Positions 11,476-24,662 of a stretch of DNA of 64,000 bases are shown here, piece after piece. The stretch lies in the NCBI GenBank assembly GCA_051942245.1, contig JAVECL010000047.1, positions 1-64,000 of the forward strand, in the 5' to 3' direction. This DNA is from Trypethelium eluteriae. Taxonomy: Eukaryota. The notes beneath the pieces were generated by a model. It was not told the origin of the DNA. It ran no database searches and worked only from the letters and a program-made list of their open reading frames with translations. How positions within the stretch are numbered: the stretch's first letter is position 1; each line of letters begins with the position of its first letter. Position numbers and translations under genes: made by a program.

Positions 11476-12641
11476 TCACGCCAACTTCCCCGGCACAAAT
11501 GGATGTCCCGCACTCAACCCACCACACACCGGCAACGCCTGCCCATTCACATATCCGCTCTCATCCCCCGCAAGAAACAGCACCACTCTTGCCACCTCAT
11601 CCGCCAAGCCCCCCCTCATCAACGGATTCAGCTGCCCAATCTTCCGCTCCGTGCCCCGCGCCCGCGCCATCTCGTACACCGCGCTCGTCATCCCCGTCTC
11701 GATGATTCCTGGGCAGATCGCATTGCACCGGATCCCCGTCCCCGCCAGCTGGTACGCGCACGTCTGCATCAGCGAGATCACTGCGGCTTTACTGGCTGAG
11801 TAGTCGGTAGCGCCTGCGTTGGAGCGTAGGCCTGCGACGGAGGCTGTGCCGATGATGGAGCCGGATGGGTAGGGTTTCGTGCTGGGGTGCGTCTGCTGCA
11901 TGGCTTTGGCTGCGTGTTTGGCGGCGAGGAAGACGCTGGGGAAGAGGGCCGGGATGTCAGCGGGTTTTGGCTTGGGTTGGGGGGGTGTGCTTGGATTGAC
12001 GGGGACGCGGGATAGCGGAGCTTGGGAGCTTCTTTTCCTTACCTGAGGGTGTTAGTTCGTAGTACTTTCATAAAGTCCTCGGTTGAAGACTCTGTGAATC
12101 GGGTTTGGGTGAGGCTGACGCCTGCATTGGCGAACATAACATCGAGTCGTCCGTACTTGTCCAGCGCCTCTTGCACCACCTTCTTCACTGATTCTTCGTC
12201 TGCGGCGTCGAATTGGCGTGGATGGATTTCGACATTGGGATAGAGAGAATTGAGCTCGCGCTTGTGGACTGGAAGGTATTGGTCCTTGAAGTCGCAGATG
12301 AAGATGGCTTTGGCCCCGTTGTGAGCAAATTGGTGAGCGGTTGCTCTCCCAATTCCCAAGGGTGAATTTGCGCCTCGAGGTTTTTGAGTACGACATATTG
12401 TAGTCAGGATGTTGTAGACGAACCGGTTACAATCACTACTATGCCCTCTAACCGTCTACGGCCAAGTCAGCATGGATTTTTATGAGTTGAATGGTTGCCC
12501 AGGTGTGTCATACGGCCCTGTAGAGTCGCCTACGATCCTTTTGATTCTTGGTATATTTTCAAATGTGCCGGGATCTTTCATAGGCGTCGATAATTGTTCG
12601 CTCAGGGCGCGTAACTGCTGCTTAGGCGCTGCGGACGCCAT
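11476..12641 (-). CDS. Classical short-chain dehydrogenase/reductase (3-oxoacyl-ACP reductase-like), 4 exons
   Basis: VIVTG|ANSPLGIG, FANAG, YSASK, RCNAICPG..ET and GYVNGQ motifs across spliced exons. Confidence 0.88.
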
Positions 12642-12951
12642 CTTGAAATAGGGAAGGAAATTGGCCAACAATATTGAATCAACTGGAACGCTACATCAGC
12701 ACTTGGAGAATTGCAAAAGGAAGAACAGACAAGCGGCGCTTGATAGTTCATATTGTCCAACCGCCCTAGATAGCCGCGTTTGGACTTTCCCAAAAATATG
12801 CAGAGATCTTTTTGCGGGGGATGCCGAGGCACCGTCAACCCAGATGCCAAGCCCCGAAGCCTTAGGAGCCATACTCTATCTCTTACCGGAACAGTTTAAG
12901 GCACGTACAGTGCTTCCCAAGACATGACAACACTTCTTTCGAACTAAGGGT

Positions 12952-12993
12952 CACACCCACACACATACATACATATATATATATATGTATGTG
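12952..12993. repeat. Compound (CA)/(CATA)/(TA)n microsatellite, partly palindromic
   Basis: cacacccacacacatacatacatatatatatatatgtatgtg seen directly. Confidence 0.9.
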
Positions 12994-13314
12994 AGCACCT
13001 TATATTGTATGCTGTCGATGTTCTTGGACACCTCAACTCAGGATCAGGAGCAGCATCAACTTGCTCGAAATGCCTTTGATAGGGACTGTAGGCATGATCG
13101 GAGTCTGCAGCCCCTGATTGTTACACTGCTATATTGAAGGTTCACTCAGCCATGTCAAGATCGTACTGCGGCTGAGCCCAAGGCTAACATACAATTACTC
13201 ATTGCCAGTGTCTCCTCAGAATGCCCTTCGGAGTTAATGGCCAGGGACATACATCGCAAAAGTTCATTAACCGCATGGCACCTCGAGGACTCAATAGAAA
13301 GAGGCGAGGAAGCG

Positions 13315-14370
13315 TTATATTACCACGTCAAGAACGTATTCCATGAGCAACCCTCCTGCTATAAAGCCTCCAGCGTACCAAAACCCATTCCCAAACCACC
13401 ACCAACAACTTTCTGTCTTTGTTAGATCCACCAACGCAATCATCGAGCCAAGGGAAAGCACCGATCCACCAACGGCGACTCCATAATAGGGAATCCCCAT
13501 ATCACTCACCCGCCCGCATTCGATGAGAAGCGCCGCCATCAGTGCAAGAAGAGGCCACAGAAGAAGCTTTGTCTGGTCTCGAAAGAGAACGGCTAAACTT
13601 TTGATCCCAGCCTTGACGTCATCTTCCAGATCCTGATGGGCGTAGATTGTGTCATAGATGATAGTCCAGACAATGTTCGCAAGGAAGAGACACAAAGCTG
13701 AGAGATTCACGTATGGCTTTGATCTGTCTAGCAGGCCTGTATTAAATGGGTTCGCACCGAGAGCTACAGACCCCATGATGATGCCCCAAGCCAGGCAGAA
13801 TCCCAGGACTACTTGTGGAGCATTCATATGTTTTTTCGCCCATGGATAGTAAGTCCAAGCTAGGATGCCAGGAGCTGAGTAAAGGAAGGCATCCAGGGGG
13901 TCGACCGGTAAGTAAAAGAGAAATACGGCGGCACCGAGTGCCTGTGTGGCCGTGAACACCGCAGCGGCGGACTTTGAAACTGCACCTCGAGGGATTGGTC
14001 TATTACGCGTACGTTCCACCAGGGCGTCCAAAGGAGCGTCAATAAGATCGTTCCAGATGTGTATTGCGTTGGAGACAAAAAAGCTTGCTCCAAAATTCAG
14101 GCCTGCAGTCTTGGCGACAGTGCTAGGCTCGGCTCGAAGGATGATGGCTGCACTGAGGAAGCCAAAAACATGAGGGAAGTAAATCAAGAACAGTCCAGCT
14201 GGAGGACTTAAGCGAGCAAGCTGAACATACGGCAGCCACGAGTCCGGGAGGTAAGCGAGCCAGCCCAACTTGTGGTTCCCGCCATATTGCTGAGCGAGAG
14301 TTGCCGTGGATTTGCCATTGAAATTTTCCCGGCCATTTTTCTGGACTTTGTTATTAGTGTTGGAGTGCAT
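13315..14370 (-). CDS. UbiA/COQ2-family aromatic prenyltransferase (YanG/MacG-like)
   Basis: Single exon; Asp-rich motifs WNDLIDAPLD..RTRNRPI and YDTIYAHQDLEDD..GIKSLAV; multiple TM helices; LPDSWLPYVQLARL N-terminus. Confidence 0.92.
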   Translation of the reverse strand: MHSNTNNKVQKNGRENFNGKSTATLAQQYGGNHKLGWLAYLPDSWLPYVQLARLSPPAGLFLIYFPHVFGFLSAAIILRAEPSTVAKTAGLNFGASFFVSNAIHIWNDLIDAPLDALVERTRNRPIPRGAVSKSAAAVFTATQALGAAVFLFYLPVDPLDAFLYSAPGILAWTYYPWAKKHMNAPQVVLGFCLAWGIIMGSVALGANPFNTGLLDRSKPYVNLSALCLFLANIVWTIIYDTIYAHQDLEDDVKAGIKSLAVLFRDQTKLLLWPLLALMAALLIECGRVSDMGIPYYGVAVGGSVLSLGSMIALVDLTKTESCWWWFGNGFWYAGGFIAGGLLMEYVLDVVI

Positions 14371-14985
14371 AGTTATAAGAGAGATGCTCTGATAAATCTT
14401 TGGAGGGGCTTTTACCGAGTCTACAGAGAGCAGCAACGCCGTCTCTGATGTATGTCCCTACGGCAGCATTGAAGCAGCGTATGGATCTCCAGGGAATACA
14501 TGGCCGTGCAGGTAGGAGAGGGGAAAGCTGTTCGAGGCGTCACATCTGACTTCACAATGCAGGTTTGTGGCTTTCCCAAAAGCTGGAGCGGAATTTATCC
14601 TTACCAATAGATTACAGGATCTGATCTCACCGGCTTCACAAAAGATGTGGGTGCAGATCTGCAGATTTAGAGTTACGTATTCACTCGTCGCAGCGCTGAG
14701 CTTCACCTGCCATTGACATAGATCATGAACGCTTTAGATGAGCTCATATCCAATTCTTGGTGACAAATCGGAATACATCGTGATCTGCGAACAGTTCAAG
14801 CCAGATCAAGCCACGACGGGAGCAGACCCAATTTCAGTTCCGCCTTGTGGCGCACCGATCCAGTTGTCCGAGGTGCTGTGAACGTATAAAAGACGGAGTC
14901 GCTTTCAGCTAAACCCCTGGATATCCTGCATTGCTTCACCCATGCTAAGTGCCTGCATGAGTGTATAAGACTGTCATCTATCACC

Positions 14986-16744
14986 ATGTTTCTTTCATGG
15001 TCGGCTGCCTTGCTGGGAATTTGTGGTGCTGCAGCTGCTGTACCACCAGCCGGTGAAATTCCAAGCAAAATCAATGCTTTTATCCTGAGCCTTCCGGGCT
15101 TGCCCCCTACACAAGTCCGGGCGCTTACATCCACTTACTCTGCAAGCTCGGACGTGGTAGGATACATGTCGGGCAAACCCTATAGCCAAAATGCTTTGAC
15201 TTCTTTGGCATGCTTCACTGCTCAGTTTGTGTTAGGCAACGACTCGGTGGGGATCCCCGTCAGTGCTCAAGAAGCCGATGATAATTGGTCAGTCTCACTT
15301 CAAATTGAGATGATTGCAGCAGCTGAATTTGCAGGATAGGTCTACAGCCGTCTGGCAAATACCATCGTGCGCGATCATACCGAATAACGAGCAAGATGTC
15401 TCCACTGCGGTGAAGATCATAAGCTTCCTGCATGTCAAGTTTGCGATCCGCAGCGGTGGGCATTCTCCAAGCCCTGGGTTCTCCACAATTGGTCAGCCTG
15501 GTATCCTTATTGACATGCAGAAACTCAATCAGATCGCTTTGAGCGCTGATCACAGCACGGTGACATTAGGTCCCGGTGCTAGGTGGGGTGATGTCTATGC
15601 AGCCCTTGACCAATACGATCTCGGAGTTATTGGAGGCAGACTTCCCAACGTAGGCGTTGGAGGTCTCATCCTCGGTGGTGGTTATTTTCACTTCTCTGCG
15701 ATGTATGGCCTAGCTGCTGACAATGTTAAGAACTTTGAGGTATGCATGACTTATCTGCACAAGCATGGGACGCACTGACAGACGATTAGTTGGTGTTGGC
15801 AAATGGAACCGTTATGAATGCAAGTGTCACTGAGAATCCAGATTTATATTGGGCTCTAAAAGGCGGAGGCCCAAACTTTGGTAATCGGCTCATGGCTTTG
15901 AGATCGAATAAGTCTAATGCTCGTAGGAATCGTCACGCGCTTCGAAGTCAATTCTGTGCCCGTTCGAAACATTTGGTACAATGTTTCTGTCTATCCAAAC
16001 TCCCAGGTGCCAGCCATCTTCGATGCAATGACAGAATGGCAGGAAAATGGGGCGATCGATGACACATTGGGAACAGTTGCCTTGATAGTGGGTCTCGAGA
16101 CTACGGAAGTCGGCCTGCTCTATGCGCAGCCGACTTACAGACCCGATTCGTTCACTCCTTTTTACGGCCTTGCTGCCGGTACCGTTGTCATTCCTCCAAC
16201 CAATGGCACACTCGCAGAAGTGACTACTATCCTTGGTGAGTCACAGTCGCAGCTGACCGAGCGCCACGACTATCGTGCCGCATCATCAAAGATCGATGCT
16301 CAGCTTTACAAGGATGTATACAACGTCTGGCAACAACAAGCCTCGGCCGTATATAACGCAACAGGCGCCAATCAAACTTTTACGATTCAGCCTTGGCCTG
16401 CAAGCCTTGCAGCTGCGAGTAAGTCTCGTGGGGGAAATGCCATGGGTATCCCGATCGGAAGCTTCCAAGCTTGGACGACGCTCATCGACTGGACCAATGC
16501 CGTCCAAGATGAGCAAGTTCGCGCGGTGTCGATCAACACCGTCAACACATGGACGAGCCTTGCTCAGAAAAGAGGGTTGTACGAGAGTTTCCTGTTTATG
16601 AACGACTGCTCGCGGGAGCAGAATCCTCTTGCAGGCTATGGCTCTGCTAACCTTGCAAAGCTTAAGAGTGTGGCAATGAAGTATGATCCGACGGGTTTCT
16701 TTCAAAATTTACAGAATAACGGCTTCCTTCTTTCAAAGGCATGA
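14986..16744 (+). CDS. Secreted FAD-binding (BBE/VAO-type) oxidoreductase, 4 exons
   Basis: Signal-like N-terminus, FAIRSGGH covalent-FAD motif, VGVGGLILGGG, DLYWALKGGGPNFGIVTRF, C-terminal KLKSVAMKYDPTGFFQ. Confidence 0.9.
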
Positions 16745-17021
16745 ATCACTCTGATTATAAAGATTGGAAGATTTCATACGCTAGTGGCGGCTCATTGAAG
16801 GACGGCCACGCTCTAAGGTGTTCCATAGTCGCACCGAATAGCGAATGTTTTTGACTACATCTGCATAGCATATAGAAGCGCCGCGAGAGTAATCTACAGT
16901 CTGCATTTTCATTCGTCAGGTCTTTTTATCCGGGAATTGATTAAAGCTTTCCGGATTCCCATTCCAAGACCTTCCCAGCCAGTTAACTCTAACAACTCCT
17001 CGTGGGAGCAACGACTGGACT

Positions 17022-17626
17022 TTAATTATTCGAGAATACTTCACGCACCAGGCCTGTGTCAAGATATTCGCGAATCTCAGTTGCCTTGCCATTGTCGTCG
17101 AAGATCATGACCCAGAGATATTGGTTATTGTATGGTCTTCCATTGTTCTGAGTTCCTTCGCCCTTGAATTCGACGTACGCCTTGTTCTGGACTACCTTTT
17201 GCCGCCTCGTCAGTAACACCCCCATTAGTAAGGGCGTTTGCGAAGGTGAAAGAACAGGAAGAGGGATAGGGATGGTGGTTATGAGAAGCTGCCAACCTCG
17301 ACTTCCAGGGGAATCAAGTTCAACTTCCCATCCTTGAGTTTGCTCTGTAGCGGGCCGTACACCTGCTCCATCCAGCCTTGGCGATTCTGGGTCCATGCGT
17401 TAGCTTAGGTACGACAAAGGTGGAACGCAACTTTTCTCGATCAAAGATTCTCAGGACATGAAAATTAACCTACAAACATTCCCGTCTTCGCGATATCGTC
17501 CTGGACCTCGGATCCGATGCGCCAGCGGACTTCGGGATCGAGCGCTTCTGCAAATGGGCCTGGGTCTCCTGCCGCAGCTTCATTGAGAAAGTGTAAGATG
17601 TATTCAGGGGTCAGCACGAAAGCCAT
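17022..17626 (-). CDS. SnoaL/NTF2-like small protein, 3 exons
   Basis: MAFVLTPEY..ALDPEVRWRI..|NRQGWMEQVYGPL..|VVQNKAYVEFKGEGTQNNGRPYNNQYLWVMIFDDNGKATEIREYLDT; canonical introns. Confidence 0.85.
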
Positions 17627-18235
17627 AGCGACGTGAGGAAAAAAAGAGGTCGGAAGAGGCAACGCAGTATATAGATAAAGACCGATTACGGATTTAAGGA
17701 CCAGGTGGTAATTCCCGTCACTGCTGCATCGGTTATAGGTTGCAATACGGAGTACCTACCTGGCTCTGTAGATCAGCGAAAGATCTACTTACCTCGGGGC
17801 GCCATTTTAGCGCTTGCCCGCCACTCCGGTTCTCCCGCGCACCGTCCCCTCCCAACTCCATCAACGCCGTGAACCTTCTTATATCCCTGCAGAGCTGCGC
17901 GTATGATTTAGACCAACCGAGAAAGCCCAATCAAATCTCATACCCAGTTAGTCGATAATAGAGCACCATGCGGAGCCTCTCTAAGTCTCCCGTTGCACTC
18001 TAAGACTTCATGCTAGTGCTCTGTCGATAACTCCAAGGCCGTATTTACCGATTTGTATTATAATTTGAGTGAGTGTGAGCAGAGCAGGACTTATCAATGC
18101 ACTAGTGAGTTTGTTTCGTCTCGTCCATAGCCATTAGATCATTGCCAGCTATCTCGTAGAAAGGTATACAGTACACCGTATCACTGAAGAAAGGAGCCCA
18201 TAGCACTAATGGATGTGCCATCGTTTTCGGTCAAT

Positions 18236-19935
18236 TTACTCTGGTACCTTGAACCCTCCGGGGACCCAACGATGGAAGGCAGACGTTGGATCGTATTTGC
18301 GTTCTACGGCCTTCAATTTTTCCACACTTGCCTCTCCGTAATGCTCAATAACATCCTGACTGTGGCTCGCATCGTTCATGAAGATATATTCCACATATTT
18401 ATTGTGTTTCTTCGACGCCGCTTCAACCTTTGCACGCATTGAAGCGGTGGCGTTGTGAGCGATAGCATCGCCGCTCGCATCGTTCCAGCCTACGTCTAGG
18501 ACAAACCAAGTCTGGTTCACAGAACGGAGGCCCAGAGGATTTCCACCACGAGCTTGCCCTGCAAGCACGGCGTTAGTAGAGATTGGCTGTAAGCCAAGAG
18601 CCAAGCTGCCGGAAGTAAGGGATTCAATCTGCTTAAGTTCGGGCGCATGGAGGGTGATGTTGGCGATCTCTTGGTAAAGGTCTGCGTCTGGCTCAAAGCT
18701 GGTCGCATGCCAATCCCAGCGAGGAATGTTAGGCACACGCTGGCCGCTTATCATCTCAGTCAGCGTTTGTAGTTTGGTGGTGTCATCGATAGTCGGAAAT
18801 TGGTAGAACGGCTCAAATGCTGGAGGATTCTCGACAGGCTTAAGATAGACCATATTGAGAACGACACCGACGCTGCTGTTAGTGGTGAAAGCCTGCAGCA
18901 TCAGATTTGCGTAGGCATCCTTATTCGGATTTGATTGGTAAATATACATAGCCGCCATGATATCGGGAAGATACTCGAGTGCGTATTCCTTAATTCCTCC
19001 CCAAACCGTATGGATAGGATAAGTATTCAGTGTGAACGAAGTGACAACTCCTAGTCCGGAGTTAGCACAGTTTTGAAACTTAAGTATCAAATCTAGTACC
19101 GAAGTTATTACTCCCGCCTTTCAGAGCCCACCAGAGGTCAGGATTAGAAGTTGCATTCGCATTGATCATAGACCCATTCGCAGTAACAACCTGGACAGGG
19201 CAAATGAGCTTTACTTCTTTCCTTGCTCAGCTAATGAAGACATTGCACACACTTGAAAATTGACGACATTGTCGCAGACGAGTCCGTAGAGATCAGTCAA
19301 GTATGATAAGCCACCTTTTAGACTTTGTCAGTTGATAAGGAGCAAACGAGGATACAATAACTACCTCCAAGGACCAGACCACCAACGCCTACATCCAGGA
19401 CTCTACCACCAACGATAGTAACATTGTATCTGTCAAGTGACTCGTAGACATTTGACCACGTTTGGCCAGAGCCAACTGTGGCAAGGCTACTTTCAGCATC
19501 AAATGTTACCTGATCCAACCGAGACATATCGATCAAGACGCCATTATCGATATTTGCCGCCCCTGGAGACGGTGAGTGTCCCCCAGATCTGATGGCAAAG
19601 CTGGTATTGGTCCTCACTAAGGTTCTCACTATCTTCTGCACCTCTAGAGCGGTAAGAGGCTGGACGATACAGGATGGTTTCATCCATGTCGTCTCCGACC
19701 TAGATGCCCTGAGTCAGTAAAGTCTCGACAGATGTCAGTTACCTTCGATTTACCAGTTCTCGTCGCTGATGGAGTTATATTCGCTACTTGTAGGAGGGAT
19801 AGTTATATTTCCAAGTAAAAAACGGAATTGGTCACATAATGCTGTCGAGCCGACTGACATCGACGTAGGAGGGATGATCATAGCACTGGTAATTGGATGT
19901 AGAAAAAGTATGCAAATCCATGGGAGAAGTTGCAT
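18236..19935 (-). CDS. Secreted FAD-binding (BBE/VAO-type) oxidoreductase (YanF-like), 5 exons
   Basis: Signal peptide [60 protein letters not shown]; all introns can be spliced in frame. Confidence 0.9.
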
Positions 19936-20507
19936 CTCGATGGTTTGTTCAGAGATCTTGCAAGATTTGAAATGGTTTGAAGTCAATCCACGTTTAGAAA
20001 GGTAGGTACACAACTGAAAGTTTTCAAGACCGAACAGATGAGTCGATTTGGACAGTCAGCAAGTAAGGTACGCTGCAGACTCTCAAGCTGGAATTACTAT
20101 TTATATCCAAATTTGACTTTATGCAAGCGGCAAATTCAGGGGACAAAACCAAGAGACTTCCGTCTGTCTCTTGTTGGCAACTACTCTGACTGGTTCCACA
20201 TTGACCGTTGAAGAATTGACCAACATGCAACAGCGGCTGCCGGTAATTCGTGTCCCGGCATATATGGATGAGGCTAAATTCGTTGACTTACCTATCAGGG
20301 CACTGGTCAGCATCAGCGGCGATTTCCTGCTCTCGGAAGCTTCGGTTAAGATGTAGAGGCGGAGCAAAACATACCTTATGTGAGCGTGTACCAAAGTTAC
20401 GGATTGTATGAGTGCGGGCGGGGCACCTGCCGTCTGTTGTAATTTACGATGTAACGAGCAGGCTGCACCCTGCCTCGCTCTATCTATCTCGTGATGCCTC
20501 TCTACGA

Positions 20508-20540
20508 TACCTACCTACCTTACCTACCTTACCTACCTTA
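20508..20540. repeat. (TACC/TACCT)n simple repeat in a divergent promoter
   Basis: tacctacctaccttacctaccttacctacctta seen directly. Confidence 0.85.
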
Positions 20541-20655
20541 GCCAACTAAATTGAACCAGCAGGTGGCGTTTATCTTCCAGCCTCTCAACCACTATTACTA
20601 GAACGCTTACAGATATCGCAACTCGAGTGGATCTTTCTGAGATCTGAAAGAAAAA

Positions 20656-21709
20656 ATGGCAGGAACAATACTCATCACTGGGGCCAATGGTTCGCTGGCC
20701 ATGCCTGCTGTTCACCGTCTGCTCAGTGAATCACCGAAATATACTTTACTTTTGACTGTCAGAAACCTTAGTGCTACTGACACTAATACGGAGAAGCTGC
20801 GCCAAATCATCTCTCATTTTCCAGAGAAGAGCGCCTTGCTCCGTCAACTGGACCTGGCGGACCTTACCGCCGTGCACAATTTCGCCGACTCCATTGCCGC
20901 TGATGTCACAGCTGCCAGACTTCCTGCCCTGGCCGGTATTGTGTGCAATGCATACTACTGGAATCTGAATGGACCTGTCGAGTTAACAAGCGATGGTTTC
21001 GAAAAGACTTTCCAGGTCAATCACTTATCGCACGCTGCACTTGTCCTACGTCTTCTAGGTTCGTTTGATCCTGCAGGCGGACGCGTTGTTCTTTTTGCAA
21101 GTGATGCACATTGGCCTGGAAAGAATAAACTCGAGAAGCAATCTCCTGCAATTCCTGATACCATGGAGCTCCTTGTGAAACCACCCGCCGATCCGACCGA
21201 TGATCGCTTTGGCTGGGGATTCCAGCGATATGCCAACTCCAAACTGGCCATCATCATGTGGATGTACGCACTTAATCGCTACCTTGAAAAGGTTGGGTCA
21301 TTCAGAGTGAAGTCTCCAATGTCTGGCTTACTGACAATGTCAGGATCCAAAGCTGAACCATATTGTGGCAGTGGCCATCAACCCAGGCAATTTGAGTGAC
21401 TCACGAGCGCTCCGCACAAACACACCCCAAATGCTGAATTACCTTTCGAGGTTTGTGATTCAGCCCCTCCGACCTCTTCTCAAGTTCACTGACCCAACGA
21501 TGCGTACTGCATCTGAGGCCGCAAAGGACGTAGCGGATCTGGCCTCAGGAAGAGCGCACGATGGTGAGCGTGGTTACTTCACACTCCTCAAAAAGGATGA
21601 CAGCGCACCAGAAAGCAAGGACAAGGATAAGCAGCAAATTTTGTGGAACAAGACTTTGGAGTGGACAAAGATCGTCAAAGGCAATACAGCGCTTCAATTT
21701 GTATTTTGA
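20656..21709 (+). CDS. Short-chain dehydrogenase/reductase (YanD/MacD-like), 2 exons
   Basis: ILITGANGSLA, VCNA, FQVNHLSH, YANSK and AINPG motifs; one intron near 21292-21343. Confidence 0.88.
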
Positions 21710-21820
21710 ATGGTAGGAATTGATACGGAAAGAAATGGACTTCAGGTAGATTGCATCGACGCATGGAAACGAATATCAGTCTATCTCTACTCCAAAACTT
21801 ACTGTAGGCTATGTCATAAC

Positions 21821-22615
21821 TTATGTAGTCTTGCCGTGAATTGCGAACCTTTTCTGGAAATAGGAGCTTTTCATCTTCTGGCAGGCTAGCTCCCAATCTC
21901 CTGTCCATTTACGGTAGTATGGTTGATAGCCGAGAAAACCTCCAATCCATCTTCCGAGCGCAATGCTCAAACCATAGGATAGGTGATTGCGAAATGGGAT
22001 CCAGCTCGGGAAGGTCAAGTACGATCCTCCTGCGTCAAACATCTACAAAGGAATTAGCCGCGCGGGTCAAGAAGACCCATAGCAATCTCGAATTTTACTC
22101 ACAGACATAACTTGAAGGATATCCATACGCTTTCCTGTGAGAATCACCTCATCCTGGTATCCATACCAATTTTCGAAGAAGATAGTATCTAATTGGAAAG
22201 GCAGTGGAGTTGCCTGAGCCGATAGAGTGAAGGTAATATCGAATCCTCCATCGAAGAACTCTCCAGGAGGATAGAGACGATGGTTCATTCCGGGTTTGAT
22301 CGTAATTTCTCCATCGTGTTTACTGTAAACGAATTCCTTCCCTTCCACTTCCACACACAATCGCCCTTCTGTCACTTCGATATACTCTTCCTGGTGAGGA
22401 TGGAAATGCATGGGTGGCTTTTGACGCCGCACTTGACTGGGCCATGCCGTTTCTGTAAACCTCACTGTGAACGCAAAGGCCCGTACTGGATGCGGTATTA
22501 CATGAGTGAGGATCGCCCCGTTAAAGCTAGGAAACTCATGTCAGCCGTTTGTATTTTGGTAAAATTAGATATTGAAGGGGACAGACGCGGCAAATAATTT
22601 TCTTCCCTCAGCCAT
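21821..22615 (-). CDS. Cupin-domain protein (YanE/PatJ-like putative epoxidase), 3 exons
   Basis: Short exon 1 MAEGRKLFA joined by a phase-2 GTCTGT..CTGAC..TAG intron; cupin motif PPMHFHPHQEEYIEV..G, NHRLYP, FFENWYGY, MFDAGGSY, GGFLGYQPYY. Confidence 0.82.
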
Positions 22616-24662
22616 TAAACTGCAATTTTCTTCGACACAGAGTCAATTACTGAAAGGATGCCGTTCAGAAGGCCCCTGGAGGCGGATATAACGACGCTCC
22701 ATTCTGTCAGCGTCCGCTTCTTAGGACTTAGGGAGGGGTTTCGGGATTCCAGAGTACCGTACACACAAGTTGAAATTTTCCGTAAAGCGGATGCGTATGA
22801 ACGAATTTTTCAGTACTGTAATGAAATGCAACTTCGTCGACACGCCCGTCCATTGCTGCCTTGAATGACGCAGGCATAACATAGCGACAGGCATGTAAGA
22901 GTGCAATATGCGCTCTGGTTGCAGGTAATGCATCTTCGGCCCGGGGTTAGGTGCAGTTTTTGAGGGTGGGGGTGTGAAGCAGCCTTGCGATGGTAGGGTT
23001 ATACCCAGCAAAAGGCCGCGGGTCGGGGCGCACAGCATATACTCCCGAGGTTAGTCTAATTGGTGGCTTGATGCTAGGTGAAAGTCGTGCAAGTGCAACA
23101 TCGCGAGCATCGCAAGCCCAAGTGGAGCAGGATCAAGTCAGCGAAGGTACCTATCCAACCTGTCAAGAAGATGCGCTAAGATTGTTGCACAGTAAAACAT
23201 GGGTGTCCGAGCGACTTACTGGACATCAATCTGCATTGCATTCCGATCTTGTACAGCCGCGCTCTGCCGCATGACCTCTACTCAGACACCACTCTGGGCT
23301 ACAACTGGTCGGATGAATGCACATCTACAGTACGTGAAATTAATTGTGGAGAAGTTATCCCGGTACGCGCTCAGCCACCAACATGTCGACTCATGGAATG
23401 TACAGCATCTTCCTGTGTCCGCTATCTATGAGTTGGATTAACGTGCTCTGATGAAAATGATGAGAATCACTACTTCAATAGAGACTTGGTTTTGATTCGT
23501 CAAGATCCTAGTGTAAATCACCGAAACAAGCTTGCAAGGCTCGGTCAAAGGATGATGCAGACATCGTACACAGGAAGATGCTGCAGCTGCGCCGCTCAAA
23601 CATGCATTCCTTCCCTTCAATGGTTGCTCTATCAAAAGTGTAGCGGCACAAACATGCACTGTAATGACGATATGCACCCAAGACTTGCTTTCTTGGTAGG
23701 TATTGGAGCGTCAATGCGGCATGATGTACTCTGACAAGGGATAAGCCTCAGCGCTTACCAGGATTTATCACATCCTCTTTCAGGCGCTGCTTCTATCCTC
23801 TTCATTGCTGCTGCATAGGCTCCAGTACCGCTCTTTCTACTCACACACTCATGCTGCATGAGGCCCAATGCGTGGCTCCACCCATACACAAACAACTTTC
23901 GTCGCTCAAGCGGCAACTTCGTTATCTCGGATGCTTTTTCCCAAAAAGGACAGCCTTTACACACCTCACGACGATGAAACCACTGTGCCAAAAAAAAAAA
24001 AAACAGCATCTGATCATGCTTCTGCTCAGCTTCTATCTGTATCTGCTCCTTGGGAGTCTCAAGAAGAAGATCTTTGACCATGTAAAGTGCATGAGGCCCA
24101 GCACTTGATTAGTGTGGCAGGATTCGTGCTAACGCTTAACTGTCTTTGGAAGTGAACCAATACGGGACATGTATTTGGAAAAGGCCGGTTGATCCCAGCC
24201 AATCTTTGAGAGCGGCTGGAAAACGGTGGCACTTTCGACAAACACGATTGACTTAGCCCAACGTCAAGAGCATTAATTTTTGGTGCAGCAAGCATTACCC
24301 AAGAGTATTGGTGCCGCGTCTTGAACTGATAGAAGTAGCCGATTCATAAATCGAGATCGAAGGCGAGGAGTACCATTTTTCAAATGAGATTACTACCTCT
24401 TACGAGGCAATTGAATTGCAGTGCAAGGAATGTCCAGATTGAAAGAAGAAGAAGGAAGGCTCAAGCGATATAAAACCAGCAGACGAACAGCAAGAAACAA
24501 GATCGAGCCAATTTCACCCGGATGAACTGCTTCAGAAGACAGTCTTCCGGCTTCGCTGGTCTTGGTGTGAAATGAAAGCAACGTCTCAGAGGAAAGTCAT
24601 CGTTTAAACCAACGCTTGCGTACCAATGATTAGCCTTTGATGACACTCGTCGCTGATGGTGC

